From contig OX597819.1 of NCBI GenBank assembly GCA_951406725.2, forward strand, positions 47,120,001 to 47,184,000: DNA of 64,000 bases, given 5' to 3'. The DNA is from Octopus vulgaris (lineage: Eukaryota). A program made the translations under genes and the position numbers. This document shows, piece after piece, positions 44,063 through 60,821 of the stretch. Each line of letters starts with the position of its first letter. Position 1 is the stretch's first letter. The notes under the pieces were generated by a model. The model had not been told where the DNA came from, ran no database searches, and saw only the letters and a list, made by a program, of their open reading frames with translations.

Positions 44063-44132
<70 letters not shown>

Positions 44133-44241
44133 TAGATAGATAGATGATGGATGGATGGATGGATGGATGGATGGATGGATGGATGGATGTTTGGATGGAT
44201 GGATGGATGGATAGATGGATAGATAGATAGATAGATTGATT

Positions 44242-44306
<65 letters not shown>

Positions 44307-44449
44307 AAGGAGAGAGTGAAAGAGAGATAGACAGACATATATCTATACACAAGTACAAAGACAGACACACACACACACAACCATGTATATGTGTTCATGT
44401 ATGTTGATATACTTGTGTAGATAATGTACATGTATTCATATCTTTCATC

Positions 44450-45266
<817 letters not shown>

Positions 45267-46941
45267 ATATATACAGAGAGAGAGAGAGAGAAAAAAAAAA
45301 GAGAGAGGAGATACATACATACATACATACATACATGCATACATACATATATATATTGTGAGTATATAATATATAATATTTATATATCTGAGAGCGGAAT
45401 AAGAAAGAAAGGCTGGTTTAAGTTTGCTTTTTTAAAAAACTCTTAAGTAGTCCTCCAATATTTTCTACTGTCGAATATACGCTCTGTAAATTATTCAACG
45501 GCATATAAAAAATCAAAAGAATTTCTGGGAACACATAATGTTTAATAGTCGATTGGAATTTGGGTATTCAAATATTTATATAGAGTTCTGCGAATTGGTT
45601 AACTGCTATGCTATCTCGCTCGAAATTCTTAAACGCATGCGTCTGTGTTTGTCCCCCAACCATTGCTTGACGACCGATGGTGGTGTGTTTACGTCCCTAT
45701 AACTTAGCGGTTCGGCAAAATAGACCGATAGAATAAGTGCTAGGCTTACAAAGAATAACTCCTGAGGTCAATTTCTTCAACTAAAACCCTTTTAGGCGGA
45801 GCTTCAGCATGGCCGTAGTCAAATGACTGAAACATGTAAAAGAATAAAAGAATAGCAGAATAAAAGAATACTTCGTACACACACACATGCGCAAACATGC
45901 ACACACACAAACACACAATCACACGCACACATACATACACACACACACACATTCAATCTCAGTGTAGATATGATTTTCATTAACTTCTACAGGATTGCAT
46001 CTTTCACCTAAGCACTGTTACAGTCCATCAATCCGGTGGACCTCAGTACTACAATTTCCAGTAACTTTGAGAGGACATTAAAAGCAGTGACCGAAGAAAC
46101 TTGCCCAAAGTGTCGTGCAACGAGTCCAAACCTGGATCCCTTTTCATCATGAAGCAAACTTCTAAACGACGCGACCATATCTAGGCTCACTTGGAATTTG
46201 ACGACGCCAAAATACAGTATGAAACAGACAGAGGAACAAACGGAGAAAAACAGATTGACAGACAGACAGACAGAGACAGACTGACGGGGAAATGGGCAAG
46301 TTGACAAAAGCTCGCCCAAAGATTTCTAATGGGATGGGTTCTTCCTACGCACCACGAAACTGTAAGTTATCAGGGGCTGATTTCTTACACGCACACACAC
46401 ACACACATGTATGGTGCTCCAATCTTAAGGAGGTGCTCCAGCATAGCCGCAGTCAAATGACTGAAACAAGTAAAAGAATAAAAGAATGTATGTATGTATG
46501 TATTGCAATACCAGTTGGTGCAAGTCACTTCTCTCCCTCCTCATCTTTACTCCTTCCTCCCAGCCACACCTGAACAGCGGCTTTTCCACCACTCGCCTTT
46601 TCCAAATGTCCTGAAGAACGGGTTATAACCCCGAAATATAAGAAATACAAGATAAAACTGCAAGTTTGTTTTTGCTATGCTTTTTTTCCTACCCCTTTTG
46701 TACTTTACTTTATACTTTCTCGCATTATTCCTGCCTTTCACAAGAAATTACTTTAAACATGTATGTATGTATGTATGTATGTATGTATGTATGTATGTGC
46801 GTATGTGTGTATGTATGTATGTATGTATGTATGTATGTATGTATGTATGTATGTATGTATGTATGTATAGGAGTCCTGGTAGAGGATTTTTCCGGGTTTG
46901 GGGAAGTGGGGAGTCACCTCTTAGCAACTATTGTTCCTAGT

Positions 46942-47249
46942 GGAGGCACATGGCCTAGTGGTTAGAGCGGCGGATTCCCGGTCGAGGGATCACGGGTTCG
47001 AATCTCAGACCGGGCGTTGTGTGTGTTTATATAGCGAAACACCTAAGCTACACGCGGCTCCGGCAGAAGGTAATGGCGAACTTCTGCTGACTCTTTCGCC
47101 ACAACTTTCTCTCACTCATTCCTTCTGCATCATGCAGCTCACCTGCGACAGACTGGCGTCCCGTCCAGGTGGGGAACCTATACGCCAAGGAAACCGGGAA
47201 ACCGGCCCTAATGAGTCAGGTATGGCTCGAGAAGGAACAAAGAAAAAAA
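46942..47249 (+). mobile_element. SINE family A head with tail type 2 and 14-bp TSD
   Basis: ggaggcacatggcctagtggttagagcggcgg..ggttcgaatctc head and tail cctgcgacagactggcgtcccgtccagg... TSD aactattgttccta at 46926-46939 and 47250-47263. Confidence 0.85.
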
Positions 47250-47726
47250 AACTATTGTTCCTATGTTTACTCCGACCCGGGGTAATATTCATCTATCAGG
47301 GTCCCAACTTTGGGTCAATTTGCATGTGAACCACTGGGTGTGAAGGACCCCTACTTCTCGTTAGAACTTCCTTCTAGAGGAAGGGTAAACATTTATATAA
47401 AAAAAAACTTGAAGTGTGGTTGGTTTCTGGTCGTTTCAACATTTGTTGTGCCACTGGCTTTGTAACTGAATGCACTGGAAAGTGGTTTCAGTGTTGTGCA
47501 ACACTTTATCTGCTCAAAGCAAATGTACGCAAGAACTTCTTGGACTGTCAGAACGTTTATACGAGCATCCTGAGTTTAGGCAGTGGTCTTACTCGGTCAC
47601 AAATTGACTTCCACCCTCTATGTGTGTGTGTGTGTATGTATGTGTGTGTGTATTTGTATGTGTGTGTGTTTACAGAAAGAAAGAAAGACAGACGGAGACA
47701 TTGGCAGACTGACAAACGCTTGATAG

Positions 47727-47791
<65 letters not shown>

Positions 47792-48259
47792 TAGATATAT
47801 AGAAAGATGAAGGGAGAAATAGAGATAGAGACAGACAGCAAGAAAAGAGAGAGTGAGAAAGATAGACGGAGAAAGAGGTAGAGAGAATTGTTAGTCGGTA
47901 TATAGAAGGAAAACTTTTACGATTAATATCAGAGGTGTCCGAACTTAGATTTAACAGATTTTCTGCCGTTATTATCTTAGTATCTCAATATCTTTATTGC
48001 TTGCACTTTGTTTTTGTTTTTCTGTTTTCTATTTCTTTCATATACCACCGAAATACTTTATCTTAGTTCGACCCTTGGTCTTTTGGACACAGTACATACA
48101 TTTGCGATTTTCAGTTCAGGAAATGAATATTATCAACAGGTATTATATTTCGTTGGTCTTGCAAAGTTTCTTATCAGATGACAAGAATTGTTCAGAGATA
48201 AGCAATTATAGCATCGGGAAAACATAGATACATACACACATACGTACATTCATATTATA

Positions 48260-48340
<81 letters not shown>

Positions 48341-48384
48341 ACACGTCCTCTCATATCCATACATACATATATATTTGTGTGTGA

Positions 48385-48424
<40 letters not shown>

Positions 48425-49195
48425 ACTACAACATATATATATATGTATACTTGTATGTATGTAAATAACTCTTCTTGACTCTTACGTATAAGTTATGTTA
48501 TGTATGTCGATATTATGTGTGTCTATGAGTATGTGTGCGCGTGCACGCACGTCTCGTATATATCTGTATATACCCATATTAACAGTGTGTGGTATGCGTT
48601 ATGTACGTGTATGAGCGTGTATGTCATGAAGCAAACACACACACTGGAGGCTCGCCAGGAAAGGAAAAATGTTTACAAGACTTGACGGTTTTTCCCGGGC
48701 AATCATTTGTCTTAAATACTTTTATCAGAAATAACGTTATTTAATTTCAATAAAACAGACGACAAGCGCTAACTGTTTCTGCTGTTGTTTTTTGTTTTTA
48801 ACAAGATGTCGCCATAAGCAATATAATCAGCGTGGAATTATAATTTCGTGTTTAACTCAATACAAACAGCTATGAAATATTATTTATCTAATCGGTAGTA
48901 TTCACTTCACTAATATTTATTTGTCTTTAGCAGATTTAGATTGGTTATTAATGTTTATTCATTTCGTTGTTTGCTTGAGTTTTTACTTAAATATATTTAT
49001 ATATTTATTGAATAATTCTCATAAGATAAATAAAAGCAAAGAAAAATATATCTCTTGGTTCCTGATAGCTATTTTGTTGTTGTTGTTGTTCCTGTTGTAT
49101 TTACTGTTGTGGTTGTTGATGTTACTGCCATTGCGTTATTTTGTTTTATTTTTATCACAGTTGCAGTTGCACATGACGTTTATAATTATTACTGT

Positions 49196-49279
<84 letters not shown>

Positions 49280-49419
49280 TGCTGTTGTTGTTGTTGTTGT
49301 TGTTGTTGTAGCAGCAGCTGTCGGAACATTAGCTTCTGTTTTTTGCTGTTGTTGTTGCTGTTGTCTTGTTATCAGAGTTGGCACTGCTGTATTGGTGATG
49401 ATTATAATTATTACTAAAC

Positions 49420-49464
<45 letters not shown>

Positions 49465-49467
49465 CGT

Positions 49468-49839
49468 GGAGGCGCAATGGCCCAGTGGTTAGGGCAGCGG
49501 ACTCGCGGTCATAGGATCGCGGTTTCGATTCCCAGACCGGGCGTTGTGAGTGTTTATTGAGCGAAAACACCTAAAAGCTCCACGAGGCTCCGGCAGGGGG
49601 TGGTGGTGATCCCTGCTGTACTCTTTCACCACAACTTTCTCTCACTCTTACTTCCTGTTTCTGTTGTACCTGTATTTCAAGGGGCCGGCCTTGTCACGCT
49701 GAATATCCCCGAGAACTACGTTAAGGGTGCACGTGTCTGTGGAGTGCTCAGCCACTTACACGTTAATTTCACGAGCAGGCTGTTCCGTTGATTCGGATCA
49801 ACCGGAACCCTCATCGTCGTAACCGACGGAGTGCTTCCA
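49468..49839 (+). mobile_element. SINE family A head with tail type 3, inserted in (GTA)n
   Basis: Head nearly identical to the 2252 and 4463 copies but with a different 3' ~200 bp. (GTA)n lies on both sides. Confidence 0.85.
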
Positions 49840-49905
<66 letters not shown>

Positions 49906-50067
49906 CAGCAACAGCAGTTGTTGTTGCTTTGGCATCAGAGTTGCTATTGTTGTATTAGATGATGGTCGTAATTATTACCGTTGTTCTTGCTGTAGCTGTT
50001 GTTGTAGTTACTATTACTCCTTATGTTTCATCTTGCCGTTGTTGCTGTTCTCACTTTCATTGAGCTG

Positions 50068-50102
<35 letters not shown>

Positions 50103-50309
50103 GCTGCTGCTGTTTGTCAGCGCCTAGTCTGTCCTGATCGTGTATGAACTATGATCAAACACGTTCTAAACAAGGCCTTCTTGCATTTTTGGTTCAGCAT
50201 ATATCTTTCCTTTCTTAACACATTAAGGTGCTATTTCTAGCAAGTCGAACAACTATTCGTTAACTCCTTAACTCGCTGTACAAACAGCGTCATTATTAAA
50301 GCAGCGGAT

Positions 50310-50680
50310 GGTGGTGAGCCAGCAGAATCGTTAGCACGCCGGACAAAATGCTAAGCGGCATTTCGTCCGTCTTTACATTCTGAGCTCAAATTCCGTCGAG
50401 GTCTACTTTGCCTTTCATCCTCTCAGGACTGATAAAAAAAAGTACCAGTCAAGTACTGGGGTTGATGTAATCGACTTATCCACCGCTCAAAAACTACTGC
50501 TCCTGAGTCTAAATCTGAAACTGTTATTAAGGCAGAGAGTTGGCAGAATAGTTAATACGTCAGAGGAAATGCTTAGCAACATTTCTTCCGTGTCTTTACG
50601 CAGAGTGTTCAAATCCCGCCGAAGTCAACTTTTCCTATCGGCCTTTCTGATCTGATAAAATAATGTATCAGTCAATTACT
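50310..50680 (+). mobile_element. Two diverged family C SINE copies
   Basis: cagaatcgttagcacgcc..gcctttcatcc..gtaccagt, with a second head at ~50530. Confidence 0.65.
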
Positions 50681-51201
50681 TTATGATTTCTTGGAATTAT
50701 TCCGCCTTATCTAGCATGCGAATCCCTCGGTGAAACTGCCTACCTATGGATGAGCAGCCTCGTTACGAGATTCACGTGTCCGAAACTGTTTGACGGTGTC
50801 ATTTCTATTACCTTCACTCAATGAGCGCCAGCGACTTAAAGCGACAGAAGGTGATGGCGTGGATGTGTATGCAGTGGTGAGTCTGGCTGACTGGAAAGCG
50901 ATAGTTTGGGAGATTTATGCTCGGTGTCGAGTGTGAACTTAACACAAAACGAGTGTAGCAAATCTGAGGGTTTTGTCTGCGATGGTACTGTTTACAGAAC
51001 TTTCATGGTTGAAAAATAAATGAATTCTTTTGGCAAAAGATAAAAGGATATGTTGCAGTTTCAAGGGGGCTTGGGGTCAGGTGAAGCACGGAAAAAACTT
51101 TTGCGTTTCGAATGACGGTTTTGCCAGAGTTACCTAGCAGTTTGTAGCAATGGGTGGGTTTCACACGCACTCACACAATATGTGTGCGTCTGTGTGTGTA
51201 C

Positions 51202-51232
<31 letters not shown>

Positions 51233-51483
51233 TGTATGTATGTATGTATGTATGTATGTATGTATGTATGTATGCATGCATCTATGTATGCATGTATATG
51301 CTACTGGTAATATGTAACCCAGTACAATCTTGCTCGTGGTCGGGCCGTCGGCGAGTAAACCGGCAACCCTACTAAGCCTACTTGGTAAGGAAAGTGGATT
51401 TCGTCGGACAACCTGCAGGACGAGAAACAAAACCTATTCAGAGTGCAGATGAACTCAGTAGAGTTAACGAACATCAAACAACT

Positions 51484-51530
<47 letters not shown>

Positions 51531-52265
51531 GTAATCTTTGTTTAGACATCTTTCTAGGAGAAGGAAGATCTGAAATAACACTCAGCTCATTGAAAAACCA
51601 GAAATCTTGTTTTTGCTTGTTTCCGGACTACGTGTCTTAGCGGTGTTGTAGAAGCTGTTTACTGACTTTCAATTTGAACACGGGTATTGCCGACAGTCAT
51701 TGCCTTTAGCATCTAGGACGAGATAATTTGCCAGTGATGGCAAACTCATCTACGTGTTGACAGCCACTATGTGTGAATATATGCTGCACACGCATGACAG
51801 GTAGCGGCCTAAAAAGTTCTACCTAGCTCAAGGTTGCGGTAAAAGACGCTTTTCTGAGGATCATGCACCGTGAAATCGAACCTGCGACGTTAGGGTTGTA
51901 AGCCGATCTTCTTAACCACTGTTATGCCTGACTATTACGTATCTCATCTAACGAAAGCACAATGGAGAGAAACAGACCCCGATGAAATACGTGACTGATG
52001 ACTTATTTTATCGACTTCGGGGGGATAAAAGGAAAAAATAACGACTCGGCGGGATTTGAACTCAAAACGTAATAGAACTTATCTAAGTAGCGCGATGTAG
52101 TTTACCAAGTTTCTACCAATGCTGCCAACCCAATGCTGCCAACCCAATGCCCTTAATGCCCTTACTACTATAAAACCGAAAAGAGCACTCACACACATGC
52201 ACATATATGTATATACATAGATATATAAATATAGAGAGAAATGTGTATGTGTGTGTGTGTATATA

Positions 52266-52327
<62 letters not shown>

Positions 52328-52423
52328 TAGAAAAATGAATTATCTTATTACGGATAATTCGAAAGATAACCGATACCTGGGTAGCAAAAATCACAACAGA
52401 AAGGGCACGGTTGAAGTTACGAC

Positions 52424-52553
<130 letters not shown>

Positions 52554-52747
52554 CATATATATATGTGTGTATGTGTATGTGTGTGTATAGATATCTTTTT
52601 CTTTCATCTTTTACTCGTTTCACTCATTAGACTGTCGCCATGCTGGGGCAACGGCATGAAGAATTTTTATTCGAAGGAATTGGCCCCAGTACTTAATTTC
52701 TTTGATATACCTGGTACTAATTCTATAGGTAACTTTGGACGAACCGC

Positions 52748-53204
52748 TAAGAAGGTCCTCACAAATGCCATGCTATTCTCTAGAACAACAAGAGTCGAAA
52801 AGTGTGGTCGCCCTAATTGCGGAACATGCCCCAATCTGTTAGGAGGATCGGAATTCCATTTCAGAAAATAGCAAATATTCAAAATCAAATCTAACTTCAC
52901 TTGCGCCTCCCAAAACCTTATTTAATTAATCAGATGCTCGGGCTGCCATCGAAACTATATCGGTTTGACAGGAACGTCGATCAGACAGAGATGTACAGTC
53001 CACAGACAACAAATATCCTCCCCACAATATCGCCAAATATATCTCAGTCAACATGTTGACGAATGTGCAGAACGATTACAACCACAATTCGTAATTTTCC
53101 CATTTTATCAACTTGCTATCTAGACCTCAACTCAAGTAAGACTGGATGCAGAAGCCTCATTTATCCAAAAATATAAACCAAAATTAAATATGAACCCGTA
53201 TTAA
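52748..53204 (+). pseudogene. Penelope-like element (Neptune-type) zinc finger plus GIY-YIG endonuclease remnant
   Basis: [78 protein letters not shown], with in-frame stops. The AT-rich 3' region to ~53575 has a decayed ttgatgag-caata-cgaaaccggt motif. Confidence 0.85.
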
Positions 53205-53677
53205 AAATCAAAGACTTAGCCCTTCTATTGTAAGATATAAGCCAGAATAAAATACAGGCCAAAAATTAAAATTACAGGTTTACATCCTCTTTACTGTAAA
53301 ATAAATAACTGAACAATTATCTCCCCTAGTAATATGTCTTCCTCCTAGCAATGCGTCTATTTTCAACCCTTAGCTTGATGAGCAATACGAAACCGGTTCT
53401 TACTTTAATTATGTTTAAAGAACATAATCTAATTTTGTACAAAATTGTATATCTTTATTATTATTACTCTAATATACTCCTTAACCCTGTAAAACAAATC
53501 TTCTGTGTTTTTTATCTTTTCTGTTTCTGTATATAAATCCAACCACGTGTGTTCCCCCACTAAAATATTTTCTACCTTATATATATATTAGTATGTATGT
53601 ATGTATGTATGTATGTATGTATGTATGTATGTATGTATGTATGTATGTATGTATGTATGTATGTATGTATGTATATG

Positions 53678-53712
<35 letters not shown>

Positions 53713-53771
53713 ATATATATGTGTATATATATGTTTATATATATAATTATATACATATATGTATATATATG

Positions 53772-53814
<43 letters not shown>

Positions 53815-53856
53815 CATATATATATGGTACACTATATATATATATAATATAAACAT

Positions 53857-53949
<93 letters not shown>

Positions 53950-54617
53950 CATATATATAAATCTATTGAGATACTCTCAGAGAAAACCCATCATTAGTTA
54001 TCACATTTTTTTTCTTCCTCCGAGTTGTAATATTTACATATGTATGTCCAGATAATATACATGCATCCCCTGCACACACACACACACACACACACACACC
54101 CATGCGTACGCACACATACACACGCATACGCACACAGCAAACCCACCACATGCATACACATGCACACACGCACCTAACATCTTGCCACATCCTACCTAGC
54201 ACACCGACGCCACCACCTCCACCACCATAACTAACTCCTCGACAGCATAACTCGATATTTTTCATTCATTATATTCCCTACGTTTCTTCCTACGCTGAAT
54301 TCTCTTTCTCTTTCTCGCCTACCACCCTTTTTACACAAAAAACACACACACACACACTTCATTCTCCTCCACCTCCTATTCCCCCTCCAACTAATATTAC
54401 TACTACTACTACTACTGCCACTACTACTACTATCACTACTTTTCACATATAGATTGTTTGACTTCGTTCATTTCGTTCTGTTTTGCTTTTCTTTACCCCC
54501 CATATTTTCTTTTTGTTTCCGCCATTTTTTTCCTTCAGAATTCGTTCTTTCGTTCCTCCATTTGTTTGTATACCAGTTGTTTTGTGTTTGTTTCTTTGCT
54601 TGTTTGTATGTTTGTTG

Positions 54618-54738
<121 letters not shown>

Positions 54739-54796
54739 GTATATATATATATGTTATCCCTCCATAGTTCTTGTAGTAGTTGTTGTTCTTATTGCA

Positions 54797-54846
<50 letters not shown>

Positions 54847-54934
54847 GCTTTTTGTTTATCATTTATTGTCAATGATGTTGCCGTTTTGTTGTGTTTGTTG
54901 ATGGTGTTTGCCTCCTTCATATATATATATATAG

Positions 54935-55067
<133 letters not shown>

Positions 55068-55103
55068 TGTATATATATATGTATATATATGCGTGTCTAT
55101 ATA

Positions 55104-55136
<33 letters not shown>

Positions 55137-55368
55137 TATTTATATTTTTAATTCTGTTATCTCGTTCTTATTCCTCCCACTTTTCCCTTTTTAATTCACT
55201 CTCAATGCAAATGACTATTTTCACCTCGAAAGAAGAACGAAAAACAAAAACAAAAACATTTTCTCCCCTCTCCCCCTCTAAAAAAAACCCGAATCGAGCA
55301 AGCAAGCAAAGAAAGAATGAGGAGCATTTTTTTTTATATATGTATATATATATGTGCGTGTATATGTA

Positions 55369-55444
<76 letters not shown>

Positions 55445-55851
55445 CTTTTTTTCTTTTATGATGGTGTGGTGTTGTGTTGTGTGGTACGGAGTGGTGTGGT
55501 GTAGCGTGGCGTGGCGTGGCGTAATGGCGTGGAGTAGTTGTATCGTGGGGAAGTGGACATTATTGAGGAAGGAGAGCATTTATTTTGGCGGAGAAAGAAA
55601 GAGAGAAACAGAAACAGAAATAAATAAACAAACGAATAAATAAATAAATAAATAAATAAATATGAGGAATGTTAATTCTAGGTTTTTTGCAGCTAAGTTT
55701 AACATTTTGGCACATTGACGATGGTGCTAAATGACTTATAACAGAAGGTGTATATGGTGAGAAGTTGCGAGGAAGAAAGTAGATAGATTGTTATTGTTGT
55801 TGTTGTTGTTGTTGTTGTTGTCGTTGTTTTTGCTGGTGACACTGCTGCTGC

Positions 55852-55938
<87 letters not shown>

Positions 55939-55940
55939 GA

Positions 55941-56196
55941 AGGCGGCGAACGGGCAGAATCGCTAGCACGCGGAACGAAATGCTTAACAGTATTTCGCCC
56001 GTCGCTACGTTCTGAGTTCAAATTCCGCCGAGGTCGAATTTGCTTTACATCCTTTCGGGATCGATAAATTAAGTACCAGTTACGCACTGAGGGTCGATGT
56101 AATCGACTTATCCCCTCCCCAAAATCTCTGGCCTTGTGACAAAATTTGAAATCATCATCATCATCACCAACATCATCATCATCATCATCATCATCA

Positions 56197-56245
<49 letters not shown>

Positions 56246-56458
56246 GAAAACAGCGAGCTGGCAGAATCGTTAGCAAGTGGGACGAAATGCTTAGCGGTAT
56301 TTCGCCCGTCGCTACGTTCTGAGTTCAAATTCCGCCGAGGTCGATTTTGCTATTCATCCTTTCGGGTTCGTTAAATTCAGTACCAGTGAAATATTGGGGG
56401 TCGATGTAATCGACTAGTCTCCTCCCCACAAATTTCAGGCCTTATGCCTTTAGTAGAA
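55941..56458 (+). mobile_element. Two family C SINE copies (tail type 2) within (ATT)n/(ATC)n tracts
   Basis: Copies at ~55941-56152 and ~56250-56458. Confidence 0.8.
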
Positions 56459-56465
56459 TTAGTAG

Positions 56466-56540
<75 letters not shown>

Positions 56541-56665
56541 GTTATTATTATTATTGAACTTGGACAACGAAAATGAGAGGATGAGAATCTTTGATGAAGG
56601 TGATGCGATGAAGGCTGAGAATGGAAGGCAGGCAGGCAGGTAGACAGGCCGACAGACAGAAAGAC

Positions 56666-56733
<68 letters not shown>

Positions 56734-56734
<1 letters not shown>

Positions 56735-56956
56735 TATTTCTTTACTACCCACAAGGGGTTAAACATAGAGGGGACAAACAAGGACAGACAGACGGATTAA
56801 GTCGATTACATCGACTCCAGTGCATAACTGGTACTTAATTTATCGACCCCGAAAGGATGAAAGGCAAAGTCGGCCTCGGCGGAATCTGAACTCAGAACGT
56901 AGCGGCAGACGAAATACCGCAAAGTACTTCGCCCGGTGTGCTAACGCTTCTGCCAG
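56734..56956 (-). mobile_element. Family C SINE monomer with Tx1-like tail inserted in a (GATA)n array
   Basis: (gata)n-tatttctttactacccacaaggggttaaacatagag...ctaacgcttctgccag-a(gata)n. Its orientation relative to the array is the same as that of the Tx1 copies. Confidence 0.85.
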
Positions 56957-57198
<242 letters not shown>

Positions 57199-57654
57199 AA
57201 CAAATAACAAAAATGAATGCGTAGAAAGATAAATAGCTGGGAAAATAACGGAGGAAGAAGTAATATAGAAATATTGTCGAAAAGAGCTACAAAAAAGGGA
57301 GAACTGGACTAGAAAACATTGATGGCAGTGAAGAGAATGGAACGAACGTATGACCGTAATGTTGACCGGTGATAACTAATAGGAGTAAACAGAAGAGAAT
57401 ATGCCCTTGTGGCTAGCTGTGTGAAGTGACGTTGATGGCGGTGGTGGTGGTAGTGGTGGTGGTGGTATGATGGTGTTGATAGGTTCGTGGTAAGTGGGCA
57501 ATATTCGTTCGATAACAGAATTATTACTATGATACCTACCGACAACAACACGAAAAAAAATTGATCTGTTTTACCAGTTTTATGACAGCCATCTTTCTTT
57601 TTCTTTGAGGACAATCGTTAGCTGTATCCTCGGTAAAAAAATAATAATAATAAC

Positions 57655-57744
<90 letters not shown>

Positions 57745-58007
57745 AATAAAAATACAAAATAAACAGAAAGAAAATAGAATATCTATCACTCTTGTCAGGA
57801 AAATATTAACCTTCACTACAACACGATGGGAAATCAAATAGCCATTTTTCCCCCTTTTTTTCGTATCAATTTTTGTTTCTTTCGCGTTGTTTGCGTTGCG
57901 TTTCTTTACTTAGTAATGTGTTTTATTCGCTTTTTCCTTTAGTGAATGTAAAGTGTGTGTATTTCTTTTGTTTGTGTGATGGTTTGTATTATATGTATAT
58001 AAGAAAG

Positions 58008-58143
<136 letters not shown>

Positions 58144-58243
58144 GTATGTATTATGTATGTGTGCGTATTTATATATGTATGCATGTATATATATGTATAT
58201 ATGTATGTTTTTATGTATATGTATGTATATATATACATGGATG

Positions 58244-58277
<34 letters not shown>

Positions 58278-58733
58278 TGTATGTATGCATGTATGTATGT
58301 GTGTATTTACGTATGTATGTATGCGTGTGTTTATGTGTGTGCAAACATATACGTGTATAAATATATATGTGTGTGTGTGTATGTATGCATATATTATATA
58401 TATGTGTGTGTGTGTGTAGGTATGTAAGTATACCTACACACATGTATAAAGATACACAGACATGTATATATATGTGTGTGGGTGACTGTGTGCTTTTATA
58501 AACAGTTATGTGCGTATGTGTGAGTGTATGTGGGTATACTGTATGTATGTATTTATGTATGTTTGTATATACGTGCATAAATGTCCATAAAGGTGTGTGC
58601 ATATGTATGCATATATATATATATATGTTTATATATGTGTGTATATAGATATATATAAATATACTATATGTAAATATATATATATACACAAATATGTACA
58701 TATATATTTATATATGATATATATATATTTACG

Positions 58734-58784
<51 letters not shown>

Positions 58785-59418
58785 CGAGAGAGACAAAGAT
58801 AAAGAAAGAAAACGAGAGAGAACTCTCGATGTGTTATATATATCTTTTTTTCACTCGTCTTTTTTTCTCTGTTGATATATTTATTTATTTATTGCTTTCT
58901 ACTGGCGACTGCAATTGTCCGGAACGTTCACCAGATTTAGACCTAATGCATTATTTCTATCGTGGTTTTTGTCCAATTAGGTTTTCATAAAAGATCTCAA
59001 GCAAATACAGCTTATACCAAATTAGTAGACTCATAGAATCAGCGGAATGTTATTTCCCTGGCATTATTGACAAAAGTATATACAAGATAAAGGAATACTA
59101 ATATTAATACTACTAATAATAACTAATAAAAAAAATGATGATGATGATGATGATGACGACGACTACGTTGATGATGATGATGATGATGATGATGGCGGCG
59201 GGAACGACTACAACGAACGTGTCAACAACCATGCCAACTACGACGAAGACAACGACGACAACGACGACGAAAGGTGACGACGATGACGACGATGGCGATG
59301 ATGTCGATGATGTCGACGATGACGACGATGATGATGATGACGTTCATCATCATCATAACGACGACGATAACTATGATGAAGACGTCGACGACGACGACGA
59401 TAACAACAACTAATGAAC

Positions 59419-59490
<72 letters not shown>

Positions 59491-59632
59491 GAAGGAATGA
59501 AAGAAAGAAATGAATAAATAAATTATAAATAAGTAAGTAAATAAAAGGTGTGTTAGTGTCCAACCATGCTAAGTTTACAGATTGGTCGGGGATAAGGAGA
59601 AAACTTTGAGGGTGGGGATGACGAGTAAATTT

Positions 59633-59765
<133 letters not shown>

Positions 59766-59971
59766 ATGGTAATGGTGAAACCCACAGTAGGAAGACAGCA
59801 AAAAAAAATGGCGGTCATCAACGACTGCCACAATCATAACAACGCTATGCTTTCAATGAGACCCTTGTTTGATGGCTGGGTTGGTTTAGTTAAATATATA
59901 TTATCAAAGTTTGGTGTATCGATATAGAAGACACTTTAGTCACATTAACCATTTTCTCTTCCCTCTCTCTA

Positions 59972-60023
<52 letters not shown>

Positions 60024-60449
60024 CTCTCTCTCATCATCTGCATAAAAAAAATTGTTTTCAAATACCTAGATTGATTTTTTTTGTTGCTGTTTTGTTTTTT
60101 CTGTGAGTGTATATTATGTCCTTGTGCGGCGCGAGAGATTTTTTTTTATTTGTGTGCATGTTCTTTTTGTGTGTTTAAGTGTGTGTCTGTATTGTGTGTG
60201 TGTATGTGTGTATGTGTGTGTGTTTGTGCATATGTGTGTGTATGTGTGTGTATCTGTTTGTGTGCAAAAAAAATTGTTTTCAAACACTTCGATCGGTGTT
60301 TCTATATGTTGTCTATGTTCTTCTGCGTGTCTATATATGATGTCCGTGTGTAGTTAGAAACTTTTCTGTTAGTTGCATGTGTTTGTATGTATGCGCGTAT
60401 GTGTCTATGTGCGTGCTTGTGTTTGCATAGAGTTATGTATTTGTATCTT

Positions 60450-60484
<35 letters not shown>

Positions 60485-60757
60485 AATTGTCAAATACTTA
60501 GATCGGGGCTTTTATATGCTGTATGCATATCATATCGTTACATTTCGAGATTATAAATATATTTATATAGATATATTTAGAGATTTCTCTGTGTTTGTGT
60601 ATTTTGCGTGCGAATCATATTTGTAAAACGTCGTATGTTTGTGAAAGGATGATTTTTTGTTGAAAATTTTTCATGTAAGTCTCTAAGTATGCTTTGTGTA
60701 TAAGTGTGTATGTATGTGTATATACATATTTATCTATCCATCTATTTACATATATAT

Positions 60758-60821
<64 letters not shown>

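Noticed and set aside
59135-59413. Acidic Asp-rich ORF
   Set aside because: Degenerate (GAT/GAC)n repeat with no splice or domain evidence.
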